Assembly: GCA_043823745.1 (NCBI GenBank)
Contig: JBDRAN010000059.1
Coordinates: 9,105-73,104, forward strand
From: Candidatus Omnitrophota bacterium
Lineage (GTDB): Bacteria; Omnitrophota; Gorgyraeia; Duberdicusellales; 4484-171
Direction of reading: 5' to 3'
Length of the DNA: 64,000 nt
Below, piece after piece: positions 1-9,073 of this stretch (position 1 is the stretch's first letter; each line of letters begins with the position of its first letter). The notes beneath the pieces were generated by a model. It was not told the origin of the DNA. It worked only from the letters and a program-made list of their open reading frames with translations, and searched no databases. A program made the translations under genes and the position numbers.

Positions 1-2
1 GT

Positions 3-1652
3 TTGGTATGCTTTCTTAAAAAGAAAAGTTTAGAAAGGAAGGGCGGGGTGAAGATAGCAGTCATTGGCTCAGGTGCGATCGGGGGGCTCCTCGCAGGGTA
101 TCTAAGCAAGATCGGTGAGGATGTGGTGCTCGTTTGTCGTTCTGAATCGGCAAGGATTATCAGTCGGGATGGGATTTCCATAAGCGGTGTGCGGGGAACG
201 CATACGATAAAGATCAAGGCAGTGAGCGTGTTGGGTGAGCATGTTGATCTGGTTATTCTGGCGACTAAGACGCAGGACTTAAAGGAAGCTTTGATCGCAA
301 ACAAAAAATATGTAAGCGCTGCGATGGTACTTACCACGCAAAACGGCGTTGCCGCTGATACCATTGTTTCCGAATATGCGGATGCAAAGAATATTATTTC
401 AAGCATTGTGATGTTTGGAGCGACCTCGCTTGAGGCAGGGCGCATCGTCCATAACTTCGAAGGCACGTGGGTTTTGGGAAAACCATTTGGCGCTAGCGGC
501 GATGACGTTAAAGAGGTCGCCGACGTTTTAGAAAAGATCATTCCCGTTGAGGTCTCAAGCGACATCACCGGGATGAAATGGTTGAAAGTCTTTGTAAATT
601 CCAGCAACTGCATCCCGGCGATTCTGGGTAAAAGTATGCAGGAATGTTTCACCAATCTTGATGCCTGCGCGGTGGCGATGGGCATCTGGCAGGAGGGCCT
701 GGGTGCGGTCGGGAAAGCGGGAATTAAACTTGTTTCGTTACCCGATTTTCCTTTAGAGCGATTGACCAAGCTTGCCGGCTTGCCGGTTAGCGAATCAGCG
801 AAAATATTTTCCGGCATTATGACCAATTTGAGTAAAGAACCGGTATACGGCTCGATCTTACAGAGCATTAAAAGAAAAAAATCTTCTGAAATAGATTATA
901 TTAACGGAGCGTTTGTGGCGTTGGGTAAACAACATTCGTTTCATACGCCGCTTAACAAACGGTTGGTGGAAATGGTGCATAAGGTTGAGCAAACCGGAAT
1001 GTTTTTTTCTTTTGATGAGTTTGTTGAGAAAGCAAAAAATCTTATTCCGCAGAAGCGCGTGCACAATGCTGATGCGGTGAATACGCCCTTTCCGAAACTG
1101 AAACTTACCGTGAGCAAGGTTGAGGGCGAGTGCTACCATGGGTATAAAATCGGCGATGAAATCATTTTGGAAGATTTTACGCACGCGCCCAAGCATTTCT
1201 GTTTGGGTCTTGCACACGCGCTTTTTCCGGTAATTTATGCGTTAAGTTTTGGCGCGAAGTTTCCGTTTAGGGATAACCAGCGAACGCTCCCGGTTACCTG
1301 TCCCGATGGTGGAAAACTAGAGTTTAAGGCGGAGATCCTCGCTCAAGACGGCACCATTGAATCAATCGAGAAAGACCCTAACCATAAAGGCCCCAACCCC
1401 AAAGATATGGTGTTGGAGGTTGTTCGAGCCAAAGGGCATTGCGCGTATAAGTATAAATTGGGTGATACCTTTGAAGTGAAGGGCCTTAAGTGTCCCGAAG
1501 GTTTTTGCGGCGCGGCGTATCACTGCGCGTTTCCGGCGCTCTTTGCTCTTAATTTCGGCGCAAAATTTTTCTTCATGGATGATCCGGAGGGTATTGATAC
1601 CGTAACCTGCCCGGACGGCGGGAACATTGTGTTTAAGGTGAGTAGACGCTAA
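3..1652 (+). CDS. Fusion protein: N-terminal 2-dehydropantoate 2-reductase (ApbA/PanE, KPR)-like NAD(P)-binding domain plus two tandem C-terminal TIGR04076-like Cys-rich domains. True start may be the GTG at 49.
   Basis: Rossmann motif KIAVIGSGAIGG at the N-terminus. Two repeats of ~90 aa each carrying C-x-x-G, FC, FG-AKF-F and TCPDGG motifs (CYHGYKIGD...TCPDGGKLEF and CAYKYKLGD...TCPDGGNIVF). Confidence 0.6.
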   Translation: MVCFLKKKSLERKGGVKIAVIGSGAIGGLLAGYLSKIGEDVVLVCRSESARIISRDGISISGVRGTHTIKIKAVSVLGEHVDLVILATKTQDLKEALIANKKYVSAAMVLTTQNGVAADTIVSEYADAKNIISSIVMFGATSLEAGRIVHNFEGTWVLGKPFGASGDDVKEVADVLEKIIPVEVSSDITGMKWLKVFVNSSNCIPAILGKSMQECFTNLDACAVAMGIWQEGLGAVGKAGIKLVSLPDFPLERLTKLAGLPVSESAKIFSGIMTNLSKEPVYGSILQSIKRKKSSEIDYINGAFVALGKQHSFHTPLNKRLVEMVHKVEQTGMFFSFDEFVEKAKNLIPQKRVHNADAVNTPFPKLKLTVSKVEGECYHGYKIGDEIILEDFTHAPKHFCLGLAHALFPVIYALSFGAKFPFRDNQRTLPVTCPDGGKLEFKAEILAQDGTIESIEKDPNHKGPNPKDMVLEVVRAKGHCAYKYKLGDTFEVKGLKCPEGFCGAAYHCAFPALFALNFGAKFFFMDDPEGIDTVTCPDGGNIVFKVSRR

Positions 1653-1776
1653 TTACCGCGAATCTGAAGAACGCTAATTTACGCTAATCGAAAGGGGCGA
1701 ATGGGTATGAGTATATTTATTCGCGGCCATTAGCGGTTTAAATTAGCGGGAATTCGCGTTTAAAAAAAGGAATAAA
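1653..1776. repeat. Intergenic cluster of short reverse-complementary words: CGCGAAT/ATTCGCG and CGCTAAT/ATTAGCG, the latter in at least 4 copies
   Basis: CCGCGAATCTGAAGAACGCTAATTTACGCTAATCG...CGCGGCCATTAGCGGTTTAAATTAGCGGGAATTCGCG. The same word set recurs at 33092-33205, 34150-34175, 19890-19915 and 60985-61000. Confidence 0.5.
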
Positions 1777-3024
1777 ATGAAGAGAGTCGTCATTACAGGC
1801 ATTGGTGTTATTTGCGCCGCCGGAGAGGATAAGGATACTTTTTATAATAATCTTATCGCCGGTAAGCCGTTTGTCGAGCGCGTCGAAAATTTCGACGTGA
1901 GTCTTTTTGTCTCAAAAATCGCTTCGCAAGATTTAGAATTTGACCCGCTTACATTCGGGATCAAAGATCATCTGCGCATGGATCGGTACGTGCAATTTGG
2001 TATCGCCGCGGCAAAGCAGGCGGTCGAAGACGCTCACATTGATTTTAAGAAGATAGATCGTAAACGTTGCGGAGTGATCCTTGCCAACGCAATCTGCGGT
2101 ACGCGTTTTATGGAAGAGGAGTTTTTGCTGGTTACCGAGTGGGGTAAGAAACCGATTGACCCTCGTCGTGGCCGGCCCTATTTGTATGACGCAGCGATGT
2201 TTAATACGCCCAGCGCCGAGGTCGGCGCCATCTACGGTACCCAGGGACTTAATTGTACGGTTTCAACCGGATGCACCGCGGCGACTGATTCACTGGGGTT
2301 TTCATTTGAGCTTATTCGCGAAGGAAAGCAGGATATTATTATCGCCGGAGGAACAGAGGCGCCGGTATGCCCGATTACGTTTGGTGCGTTTGACGTGGTG
2401 AATGTTTTGGCGAAAAATAATGACGAGCCGCATAAAGCGAGCCGCCCGTTTGATAATAAAAGAAACGGTTTTGTTATCTCGGAAGCTGCGGGGATCGTCG
2501 TGCTTGAAGAATTAGAGCATGCCAAAGCACGTGGAGCGCATATCTACGGCGAGCTCGTTGGTTATGGCACCAGCTGTAACGCGTTTCATATGACCGATTT
2601 GCCGGAGGATGGCGAGGCCATGGAGCGTTGCATTAAAGATGCGATCAGGGATGCCGGCATCAAAAACGAAGATATCGACTATATTAATACTCATGGTTCT
2701 TCAACCAGGCAGAATGATGTTTTTGAAACCAACGCCTATAAGGCAGTCTTTGGCGATTACGCCTATAAGCTGCCCATAAGCTCCATTAAATCGATGATTG
2801 GACACCCTTTGGCTGCAGCCAACGCGGTTGAAAGCGTTCTGTGCGCGATGATTTTCGAGAAAGGGGTCTTACCGCCGACTATTAATCAGGAAGAGCCTGA
2901 TCCAAAGTGCGATCTCGATTATATCCCTAACGTAAAACGGGAGCTCATGCCCAGATATATACTTAAAACAAGCAGTGGTTTTTCAGGGATCCATTCATCG
3001 ATAATATTTAAAAAATATAAGTAG
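1777..3024 (+). CDS. Beta-ketoacyl synthase (KS-alpha / FabF-like) with an intact Cys-His-His triad
   Basis: N-terminal ITGIGVI motif; active-site Cys in STGCTAATDS; His motifs INTHGSST and MIGHPLAAANAVE. RBS AAAGGAATAAAATG. Confidence 0.85.
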   Translation: MKRVVITGIGVICAAGEDKDTFYNNLIAGKPFVERVENFDVSLFVSKIASQDLEFDPLTFGIKDHLRMDRYVQFGIAAAKQAVEDAHIDFKKIDRKRCGVILANAICGTRFMEEEFLLVTEWGKKPIDPRRGRPYLYDAAMFNTPSAEVGAIYGTQGLNCTVSTGCTAATDSLGFSFELIREGKQDIIIAGGTEAPVCPITFGAFDVVNVLAKNNDEPHKASRPFDNKRNGFVISEAAGIVVLEELEHAKARGAHIYGELVGYGTSCNAFHMTDLPEDGEAMERCIKDAIRDAGIKNEDIDYINTHGSSTRQNDVFETNAYKAVFGDYAYKLPISSIKSMIGHPLAAANAVESVLCAMIFEKGVLPPTINQEEPDPKCDLDYIPNVKRELMPRYILKTSSGFSGIHSSIIFKKYK

Positions 3025-3125
3025 AAGCGGAACAACGCGGAACGAAACGCGGAAGTACGCAGAAATTCAGCGTAAATCCGCGTAGATATCCGCGGGAATC
3101 CGCTTCTATAAACAAAGAGGTCAAA
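3025..3125. repeat. Intergenic GCGGAA/TTCCGC word cluster with terminal inverted repeat (GAAGCGGAAC...GAATCCGCTTC) between the KS-alpha and KS-beta genes
   Basis: AAGCGGAACAACGCGGAACGAAACGCGGAAGTACGC...CCGCGTAGATATCCGCGGGAATCCGCTTC. Confidence 0.45.
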
Positions 3126-4358
3126 ATGAAAGAACGAGTCGCAATCACCGGTATTGGGGTCGTTTCCCCGGCAGGCTTGAAGAAGGAGACATTTTGGGCG
3201 AATTTAAAGCGCGGCGATTCTTTTATCGATGAAGTAACACGTTTTGACGCGACTCTCTATCCTTCGCGCATCGCAGGTCAGGTCCATGAACTTGACCATT
3301 ACTCGCATCTCCCCAGCCGCCTGGTAAAAAAGATCGATGTTTTTTCTCATATGGCATTGGTTGCCAGCGAACAGGCCCTGCAGGATGCAAAGATCGATTT
3401 GAGTAATGTCGATAAGAAACGCGTCGGGGTGTTTATGGGTAACGCTATCGGCGGCTGGCTCTTTGCCGAAACTGAATTACGCGATATGTACATCGAAGGC
3501 CGGGAGGGTGTTTCTCCGTATATGGCAAGCGCCTGGTTTCCCGCAGCTCCCCAGGGCCAGGTTACTATTTACTATGGTTTCAAGGGTTACAGCAAGACCA
3601 TTGTGGCGGATAAAGCTTCTTCGGCCCTGGCGCTTTGGTATGCGGCAAAAAATATTATTGACGGAAAGAATGATTATATTCTTGCCGGAGGCATGGAGGC
3701 GCCGATTACTCCCTACGCGCTCCTGAGTGCAAATTCCTGTGGTCAGCTTTCAAAGAATAATCTTAATCCCAAGTCTGCCTATAAGCCGTATGATCTATAT
3801 CGCGACGGTTTCGTGCTGGCAGAGGGCGCCGGGATCGTTAATCTTGAAAAAGAAGCCCACGCAAAAAAACGCGGCGTCTATGTGCACGCATTTTTAAAAG
3901 GCGTTGGATTCTCTTCGGACGGGTATCACTACGCGCGCTATAGTCCATCAAGCGAAAGCCTTGAGTATGCTATTAAGACGTGTCTTGATGATGCCGGCTG
4001 GTCAATAAAAGATGTTGATTATATCTGTCTTGATGCTGAGGCGACCGTGATGGGAGACTATCTTGAAACGCAGGCGCTTAAGCATGTATTTGGTAAGGAG
4101 TTAGCCCATATTGCATTGAGCGCCCCCAAAAGCATGTACGGTAATTTGCTGGGTGCCCAAACAGCGCTTGATCTTATCACGACTGTTTATTCAATGAATA
4201 ATAACCTGGTGTTTCCGACAATTAATTACCAGATGCACGACCCCTATTGTGATCTTGATTACACGCCGAACAGTCCACGAACGAAAGAAATTAAAAAAGC
4301 GCTTTTGCTCGCGCGCGGCAGGGGCGGTATTAATGTTGCGTTAGCGGTCGAAAAGTAG
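3126..4358 (+). CDS. Ketosynthase-like protein lacking the catalytic Cys/His residues (KS-beta / chain-length-factor-like partner)
   Basis: KS fold (ITGIGVVSPAG, GGMEAP). The position of the active-site Cys reads VADKASSALA, and both catalytic His motifs are absent (LDAEAT, YGNLLGA). Sits immediately downstream of the KS-alpha gene. Confidence 0.75.
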   Translation: MKERVAITGIGVVSPAGLKKETFWANLKRGDSFIDEVTRFDATLYPSRIAGQVHELDHYSHLPSRLVKKIDVFSHMALVASEQALQDAKIDLSNVDKKRVGVFMGNAIGGWLFAETELRDMYIEGREGVSPYMASAWFPAAPQGQVTIYYGFKGYSKTIVADKASSALALWYAAKNIIDGKNDYILAGGMEAPITPYALLSANSCGQLSKNNLNPKSAYKPYDLYRDGFVLAEGAGIVNLEKEAHAKKRGVYVHAFLKGVGFSSDGYHYARYSPSSESLEYAIKTCLDDAGWSIKDVDYICLDAEATVMGDYLETQALKHVFGKELAHIALSAPKSMYGNLLGAQTALDLITTVYSMNNNLVFPTINYQMHDPYCDLDYTPNSPRTKEIKKALLLARGRGGINVALAVEK

Positions 4359-4367
4359 GGTTATACA

Positions 4368-5150
4368 ATGAAAAAGCTATTTTTTGTTTTACTTTTTTTG
4401 TGCAGTGTCGCATTTGCGGCGCCAATCGATGATGTCGAGAAAGCATTTCAGAAAGGGCTACAATTAGGTAACCAGGGCAACATTGAAGAAGCGCTACAGG
4501 AATTTCAAAAGGTAGTTGCTGCAGATCAAAATAATTTACCAAAAGATTATTATTTTCAAACCGTCAGAGAAGCATATTTTAATATCGGCCTGCTACAATC
4601 AAAAAAGGGTGATTTGCGGGAAGGAAATCAGAGTTACCAGAAGGCATTACGCATAGACCCTAAGCATGCAAAGTCATTGTATTACCTTGCTATTAATTCT
4701 ATTGTAGCCGGAGAGATTGCCCAGGCGGCTACCTATTATAACCAAGCTAAAGCGTTAGGATTTACTAAAGATCCTCAGCAGCCAAGCACTCTTGTCGCTG
4801 ATCCACTCGCCGTCCTCACGCAACGAAGTATAACTATTGATTATCAATCCTATTTCGATCACAACAAACGCGTTATGATAAATGTCGAAGGAAATCCGAT
4901 CGGAGAGAACCAATTGATTCATGATGCCATTGGCGGCATCGAGAGAGTTCTAAAGATTTCTGGATTCGGCTTGTTCTCGCGAGCAACGGTAGAGTATATT
5001 CGAGAGCGAAATAAAACAATCGACATTGAACGGTGGAACGTTCAAGGTGAAGGGTGGGAGAAAACTCTTTGGGTCAAATATGATTTTGCTCCGCCGGCAG
5101 GTTTTCCTTATAAGGTTATGATCGAAGTTTCGGAGATGGAGATTAACTAA
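4368..5150 (+). CDS. Secreted TPR-repeat protein
   Basis: Signal peptide MKKLFFVLLFLCSVAFA-AP; TPR-like repeats (ALQEFQKVV, YFNIGLLQSKKGD, YQKALRIDPKHAKSLYYLAI). Confidence 0.5.
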   Translation: MKKLFFVLLFLCSVAFAAPIDDVEKAFQKGLQLGNQGNIEEALQEFQKVVAADQNNLPKDYYFQTVREAYFNIGLLQSKKGDLREGNQSYQKALRIDPKHAKSLYYLAINSIVAGEIAQAATYYNQAKALGFTKDPQQPSTLVADPLAVLTQRSITIDYQSYFDHNKRVMINVEGNPIGENQLIHDAIGGIERVLKISGFGLFSRATVEYIRERNKTIDIERWNVQGEGWEKTLWVKYDFAPPAGFPYKVMIEVSEMEIN

Positions 5151-5237
5151 AAAGTCTACCATCTTAATCGGGAAGATTATTTCTTTGTATTCTCGATAAT
5201 CATAACTATCTACGACTATTAGAGAGGAGGTAAAGAA

Positions 5238-5471
5238 ATGGCTTTAAACGAGGACGTTGTTAATGCGATAGCAGAGATTCTTGACGTGGACGCGGCAGGA
5301 TTGGCGCAGGATAAGAAGTTATATGATTCTATTGGTGTTGATTCCACGGAAATCGTGGAGCTGACCGTGGCGCTGGGAAAGCGTTTCGGCGTCAAAATCG
5401 CCACCAACGAGATAACAAAATTCTCAACACCCATAGAGATCGCGCAGGTGATTGAGAGTAAAAAACAATGA
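5238..5471 (+). CDS. Acyl carrier protein
   Basis: 77 aa, acidic; phosphopantetheine-attachment motif GVDSTEIVEL; strong RBS GAGGAGG upstream. Confidence 0.8.
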   Translation: MALNEDVVNAIAEILDVDAAGLAQDKKLYDSIGVDSTEIVELTVALGKRFGVKIATNEITKFSTPIEIAQVIESKKQ

Positions 5472-5539
5472 TTACAGCGTTTAGGGGATGATTCTAAAAT
5501 CTCCGGAATCTTTTTATAATCACTGGAATCATAATAATC

Positions 5540-6349
5540 ATGAAAATAATTGACCTCAGTTTGCCCATTGACGATAAAGCTTTCGAGGTACACCACGTTG
5601 CCATTGAGCGGGTGTCTCATAAAGCGGGGGTTGAGAAGTTTAACCGCGTGCTGATGGGGAAAACCTTACGGGGTAGGCTCCAATATCTTCTGGGCAAGCG
5701 CATTGTAAAAAAAGAAGACCTGCCGGATGAAGAATTTCTTTCTCTTGAAGTAGTGCATTCCCCGGTCCATATCGGCACTCATCTTGATTATTCATTTCAT
5801 TACGGTTCACAGTCAGAAAATCGTCCATCGAAAACCGCCGAGGAAATACCGCTTGAGTGGTGCTACCAGCGGGGCGTCAGGCTTGACTTGACCCATAAAA
5901 AGCCCAATGAGGTAATTACCGCGATTGACCTTGAGGCCGCACTTGGAAAAATTAATTATTCCCTGAAAGCGCTTGATATTGTTCTTTTATATACCGGGGC
6001 GGATAAATTATACGGCGGACCGAAATATTTTAGTGATTACCCGGGTGTGGATATCTCAGCTATTGATTATCTCCTTGATCACGAAGTTAAGATTTTCGGC
6101 GTGGATACGATGGGCATTGACCGGCCCTATCGTTTTATGCTTGGTGAGTTCCTTAAATCAAAGGATTCTAAGAAATTATACCCGGCGCATTTTTATGGCC
6201 GCATTCGCGAGTTCATCCATATAGAACGTTTAGCGAATTTGGAAAAATTACCTGATTCAGGTTTTATGGTCAACTGTTTTCCGGTGAAGATCAAGAATAC
6301 GGGTGCAGCCTGGGCAAGGGTGGTTGCGTTTATTGATAACGATAGGTAA
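5540..6349 (+). CDS. Cyclase-family protein (PF04199; kynurenine-formamidase / polyketide-cyclase-like metal hydrolase fold)
   Basis: H-x-G-T-H-x-D signature VHSPVHIGTHLDYSFHYG; length ~270 aa, typical of the family. Confidence 0.7.
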   Translation: MKIIDLSLPIDDKAFEVHHVAIERVSHKAGVEKFNRVLMGKTLRGRLQYLLGKRIVKKEDLPDEEFLSLEVVHSPVHIGTHLDYSFHYGSQSENRPSKTAEEIPLEWCYQRGVRLDLTHKKPNEVITAIDLEAALGKINYSLKALDIVLLYTGADKLYGGPKYFSDYPGVDISAIDYLLDHEVKIFGVDTMGIDRPYRFMLGEFLKSKDSKKLYPAHFYGRIREFIHIERLANLEKLPDSGFMVNCFPVKIKNTGAAWARVVAFIDNDR

Positions 6350-6430
6350 TCCCGTTTCGCGGCTTACGCCAAAATTATCATGCTTGCAAAGTAAGCGCGA
6401 TAATTTTGACGCGCTCAACGGGATAATTCT

Positions 6431-6519
6431 CCCCATTTTGCACCCGATAAGGTCTCTCGCAATTTCCTCACCGCAGGGCGGCGAGAAATTGCGAAAATAT
6501 CAATAGAGGCAAAATGGGG
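6431..6519. repeat. Copy A of a ~95-bp nested-palindrome intergenic element. Outer stem CCCCATTTTGC/GCAAAATGGGG; inner stem TCGCAATTTCC/GGAAATTGCGA.
   Basis: Near-identical copies at 8820-8915 and, inverted, at 11450-11546. Each lies just downstream of a stop codon. Confidence 0.7.
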
Positions 6520-6713
6520 ATCATTGAGGTGCAGTGGTGGGCGCGCGCGGCGGCACTATGGGGCAAATAATGTGTTACGTATCCCGACTCGCCTAAATAT
6601 TGGTGAAATTTTCAAAGAAAATTTCACTCAAAGCTCGTCGGGATAATTTGCACTATTATTTTTTCTACGCGCATATGCGCTTGAAAAAATAATGTGCGCA
6701 TTAGGAGGTGCAC

Positions 6714-7154
6714 ATGGGTCATACGGTTAATTCGATTGTTATTAACGCTCCTTATGAAAAGATATTCGATATCTCAAACGATATCACCCGTTGGACGGAA
6801 CTTTTTGGAGGAGAATATAAAAAAGCAGAAGTTGTAAAGAAGGAAGATAACAAGATCACGTTTAGGCTTACTGATGATGAAGGCAGGAGCTGGCAGTCTT
6901 GGCGGCTTTTATTAAAAGAAAAATATCTTGCCTACGCCGAAAGAGAGGAACCGAAGTTCCCCTTCAAGTTTATGAAAATTATCTGGCTTTATACCGAGCG
7001 TCCCACCGGCATTGAGATGACCTGGATCCAGCATTTTGAAATGGATGAGAAAGCAAAGTTTAACGACGAACAAGTTGAAGGTTTTATTAATAAGCATTCC
7101 AAGGATAACCTGAAAATATTTAAGGAAGTTATCGAGAGAGAATCACAGAAATAA
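6714..7154 (+). CDS. SRPBCC-family protein (polyketide cyclase/dehydrase-like, Polyketide_cyc2 fold)
   Basis: ~147 aa with an N-terminal VNSIVINAPYEKIFDISNDITRW pattern typical of the START/Bet v1-like polyketide cyclase family. RBS AGGAGG 9 nt upstream of ATG 6714. Confidence 0.6.
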   Translation: MGHTVNSIVINAPYEKIFDISNDITRWTELFGGEYKKAEVVKKEDNKITFRLTDDEGRSWQSWRLLLKEKYLAYAEREEPKFPFKFMKIIWLYTERPTGIEMTWIQHFEMDEKAKFNDEQVEGFINKHSKDNLKIFKEVIERESQK

Positions 7155-7226
7155 TGCAGTATCACGTCGCACGTAACAGGTAACACGTTCTCAAAACCTG
7201 ATACGTGTTGCTTATTACTTGATACA

Positions 7227-8351
7227 ATGAAAAAACTTACTTTTATTATCCTTTGTCTTGAAGGCGCGATTCTTTCGTTTAACGTGGCGGCAGCCGCGGC
7301 TTTGATCCCTTCCATCGCGCGCGATTTCGGAGTGCCCGCGGTTACGCTAGGCTCGATTGTCTGGCTTTATATGATACCGTATGGTCTCGCGGCTCTTGCC
7401 TATGGGCCCCTGGTGCGCGTATTCGATGCCAAGCGCGTGGAGCTGGTGTGTTTCTTTTTCTTCTCGGTGGCGAATCTTATGGCGGCATTTTCGCGCACCC
7501 TGGTAAGTCTTTCGGTCGCGCGGTTCTTGATGGGCGCTTTTGGAGCCTCAGTTATACCGCTTGTTCTTATTCTGATCGCGCGTCATACCGAGAGCGCCTG
7601 GCGCGGGAAGCTCGTGGGTACTTTTTTTAGCGCGACATTTGTGGCATCGCTGGTTGGCCTTCTTTTAAGCGGCGTTCTGCATTGGCGCCTGATTTTTCTT
7701 ATTCCGGCGATTGCCGGATTTTTGCTTCTGGTGTGCATGGCGGTTTTTCTGCCGCGCTTTGCGCCTGAGGCTTCGCATCAAAAGAGTAATTATAAGGCGA
7801 CTCTTGCCGATACGCGGGTACTGAAGTTTTTTACCTATATATTCTTGATTAGTTTCTTATATCATGGTGTTCAGCAATGGCTCGGCGTTTATTTTAGCGT
7901 CCGTTATGGTCTTTCTCAAATGCTGGTCAGCGCCCTGGTGACCTTGACCAGCTTAAGCGGTATCTTTGGAGAGGTCATCGGCGGGTGGTTCTCTGATAGT
8001 GTAGGTAGAATTCTTACCGCAAATGTAGGTATTGTTCTCATGGTGGCCAGTTGCGCGCTGCTTGTTTTTAAAATGCCTTTTGTTGCGCTTAGTGTGCTTA
8101 TGATTGTCTGGGGACTCGGTTGGACACTCAATCATGCCGGCATATCAACGATACTTACGGATTTGCCGCGTGAGTTTTTAAACGAAGCAGCGAGTTTAAA
8201 TAGCGGTGTACGTTTTCTTTCAGGGGGCCTGGGGATGTTTCTGGGGGGCATCGTGATGCAGAAAAGCTTTATCTTAGGGTTTTCTGTCGCGGCTGTTTTG
8301 CTGGCGGCTTTATTGCTATTTTCTAAACGACTAACTAAAGCCATCGCATGA
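7227..8351 (+). CDS. MFS transporter (probable efflux pump)
   Basis: 374 aa, ~12 predicted hydrophobic helices; MFS-like motif GPLVRVFDAKR between TM2 and TM3. Confidence 0.75.
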   Translation: MKKLTFIILCLEGAILSFNVAAAAALIPSIARDFGVPAVTLGSIVWLYMIPYGLAALAYGPLVRVFDAKRVELVCFFFFSVANLMAAFSRTLVSLSVARFLMGAFGASVIPLVLILIARHTESAWRGKLVGTFFSATFVASLVGLLLSGVLHWRLIFLIPAIAGFLLLVCMAVFLPRFAPEASHQKSNYKATLADTRVLKFFTYIFLISFLYHGVQQWLGVYFSVRYGLSQMLVSALVTLTSLSGIFGEVIGGWFSDSVGRILTANVGIVLMVASCALLVFKMPFVALSVLMIVWGLGWTLNHAGISTILTDLPREFLNEAASLNSGVRFLSGGLGMFLGGIVMQKSFILGFSVAAVLLAALLLFSKRLTKAIA

Positions 8352-8755
8352 GCTTGTACGAACTTTTTTTCGCAGGGAGTCTATGCGTATTTTTATTATT
8401 ATCGCACGTACCAGCTGCGCGCGCTCAGAATCCTGCGGAGCCGGCTCTTAAATTTTTTGTCGTTAATTGTGATGAGAAGCTTACGTGGATTGATTCTTCA
8501 GGACCGTCGGAAGGCATTATCCGTAAATATTGGCTCGATGACGGAGTATTTGTTGTTGAGTATTTTGTGAAAGCAGATTGCAGCGGCGTTACTTTTTCCG
8601 GAGACTATGAGCTGCGCGATAGCCTTTTGGTGTTAAAGCGTACGGTTGCACAAGATCAAGGCTCGGCGCGATGTGTTTGTGCGCATAGACTTGTGTATGA
8701 GTTTTCAGGGTTGCCTAAACGCGATTACGGTATTGCTATAGAGGCGAAGAGATAA
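8348..8755 (+). CDS. Hypothetical secreted protein
   Basis: Signal peptide (LLLSHVPAARA-QN); no recognisable domain. Start overlaps the MFS stop codon (ATGA). Confidence 0.35.
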   Translation: MSLYELFFAGSLCVFLLLSHVPAARAQNPAEPALKFFVVNCDEKLTWIDSSGPSEGIIRKYWLDDGVFVVEYFVKADCSGVTFSGDYELRDSLLVLKRTVAQDQGSARCVCAHRLVYEFSGLPKRDYGIAIEAKR

Positions 8756-8819
8756 GGGCAAACGAGATAGCAACTTTTCAAGCGACCAAAGGGAGTGCCG
8801 GAAAGGTGCGTAATCGAAT

Positions 8820-8915
8820 GAGTCCCGTTTTTGCACCCGATAGGTTCTCTCGCAATTTCCTGCCGGAGAGAGGCAAGGAAATTGCGAAAATATCAATGGA
8901 GGCAAAAACGGGGTC
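8820..8915. repeat. Copy B of the ~95-bp nested-palindrome element
   Basis: GAGTCCCGTTTTTGCACCCGATAGG...TCGCAATTTCC...GGAAATTGCGAAAATATCAATGGAGGCAAAAACGGGGTC. Confidence 0.7.
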
Positions 8916-8998
8916 AATTCGCGCAGGTGACTTATGAGCGCTTACGTGCGAACGCTTCATACGTCACGCGCTCATTGAATACCTGGCCATATCGGATG

Positions 8999-9064
8999 GG
9001 CCAGTATGCATCTCTATGCAACACCCGGCCGAATTGGAACGGCCAGTATGCATCTCTATGCAAG
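8999..9064. promoter_or_regulatory. Two perfect 23-bp direct repeats, GGCCAGTATGCATCTCTATGCAA, 43 bp apart. Each contains the dyad TGCAT-N4-ATGCA. They lie directly upstream of the SDR gene, so I read them as candidate operator sites.
   Basis: Copies at 8999-9021 and 9042-9064. The second copy ends 4 nt before the RBS AGGAGG of the SDR gene. Confidence 0.45.
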
Positions 9065-9073
9065 GAGGATATA

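Noticed and set aside
858-1217. 119-aa minus-strand ORF
   Set aside because: Entirely antisense within the well-supported KPR-like CDS; K/R-rich low-complexity translation typical of antisense frames.
2081-2694. ORFs 2081-2401(+), 2232-2525(-) and 2512-2694(-) inside the KS-alpha gene, and 3406-3726(+) inside KS-beta
   Set aside because: Alternative or antisense frames of strongly supported ketosynthase genes; Arg/Pro/Ser-rich composition characteristic of out-of-frame translation of GC-rich coding DNA.
6303-6506. 67-aa ORF (and its relatives 8831-9079, 8705-8917 minus, 8778-8960 minus, 11399-11590) that look like a small conserved protein family (shared ...SLAIS...KLRKYQ / MSPVFA... peptides)
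   Set aside because: They overlap the three copies of the ~95-bp nested-palindrome repeat. The similarity between them is DNA-repeat identity read in frame. There is no RBS or codon-usage signal, and the reading frames are not maintained across copies.
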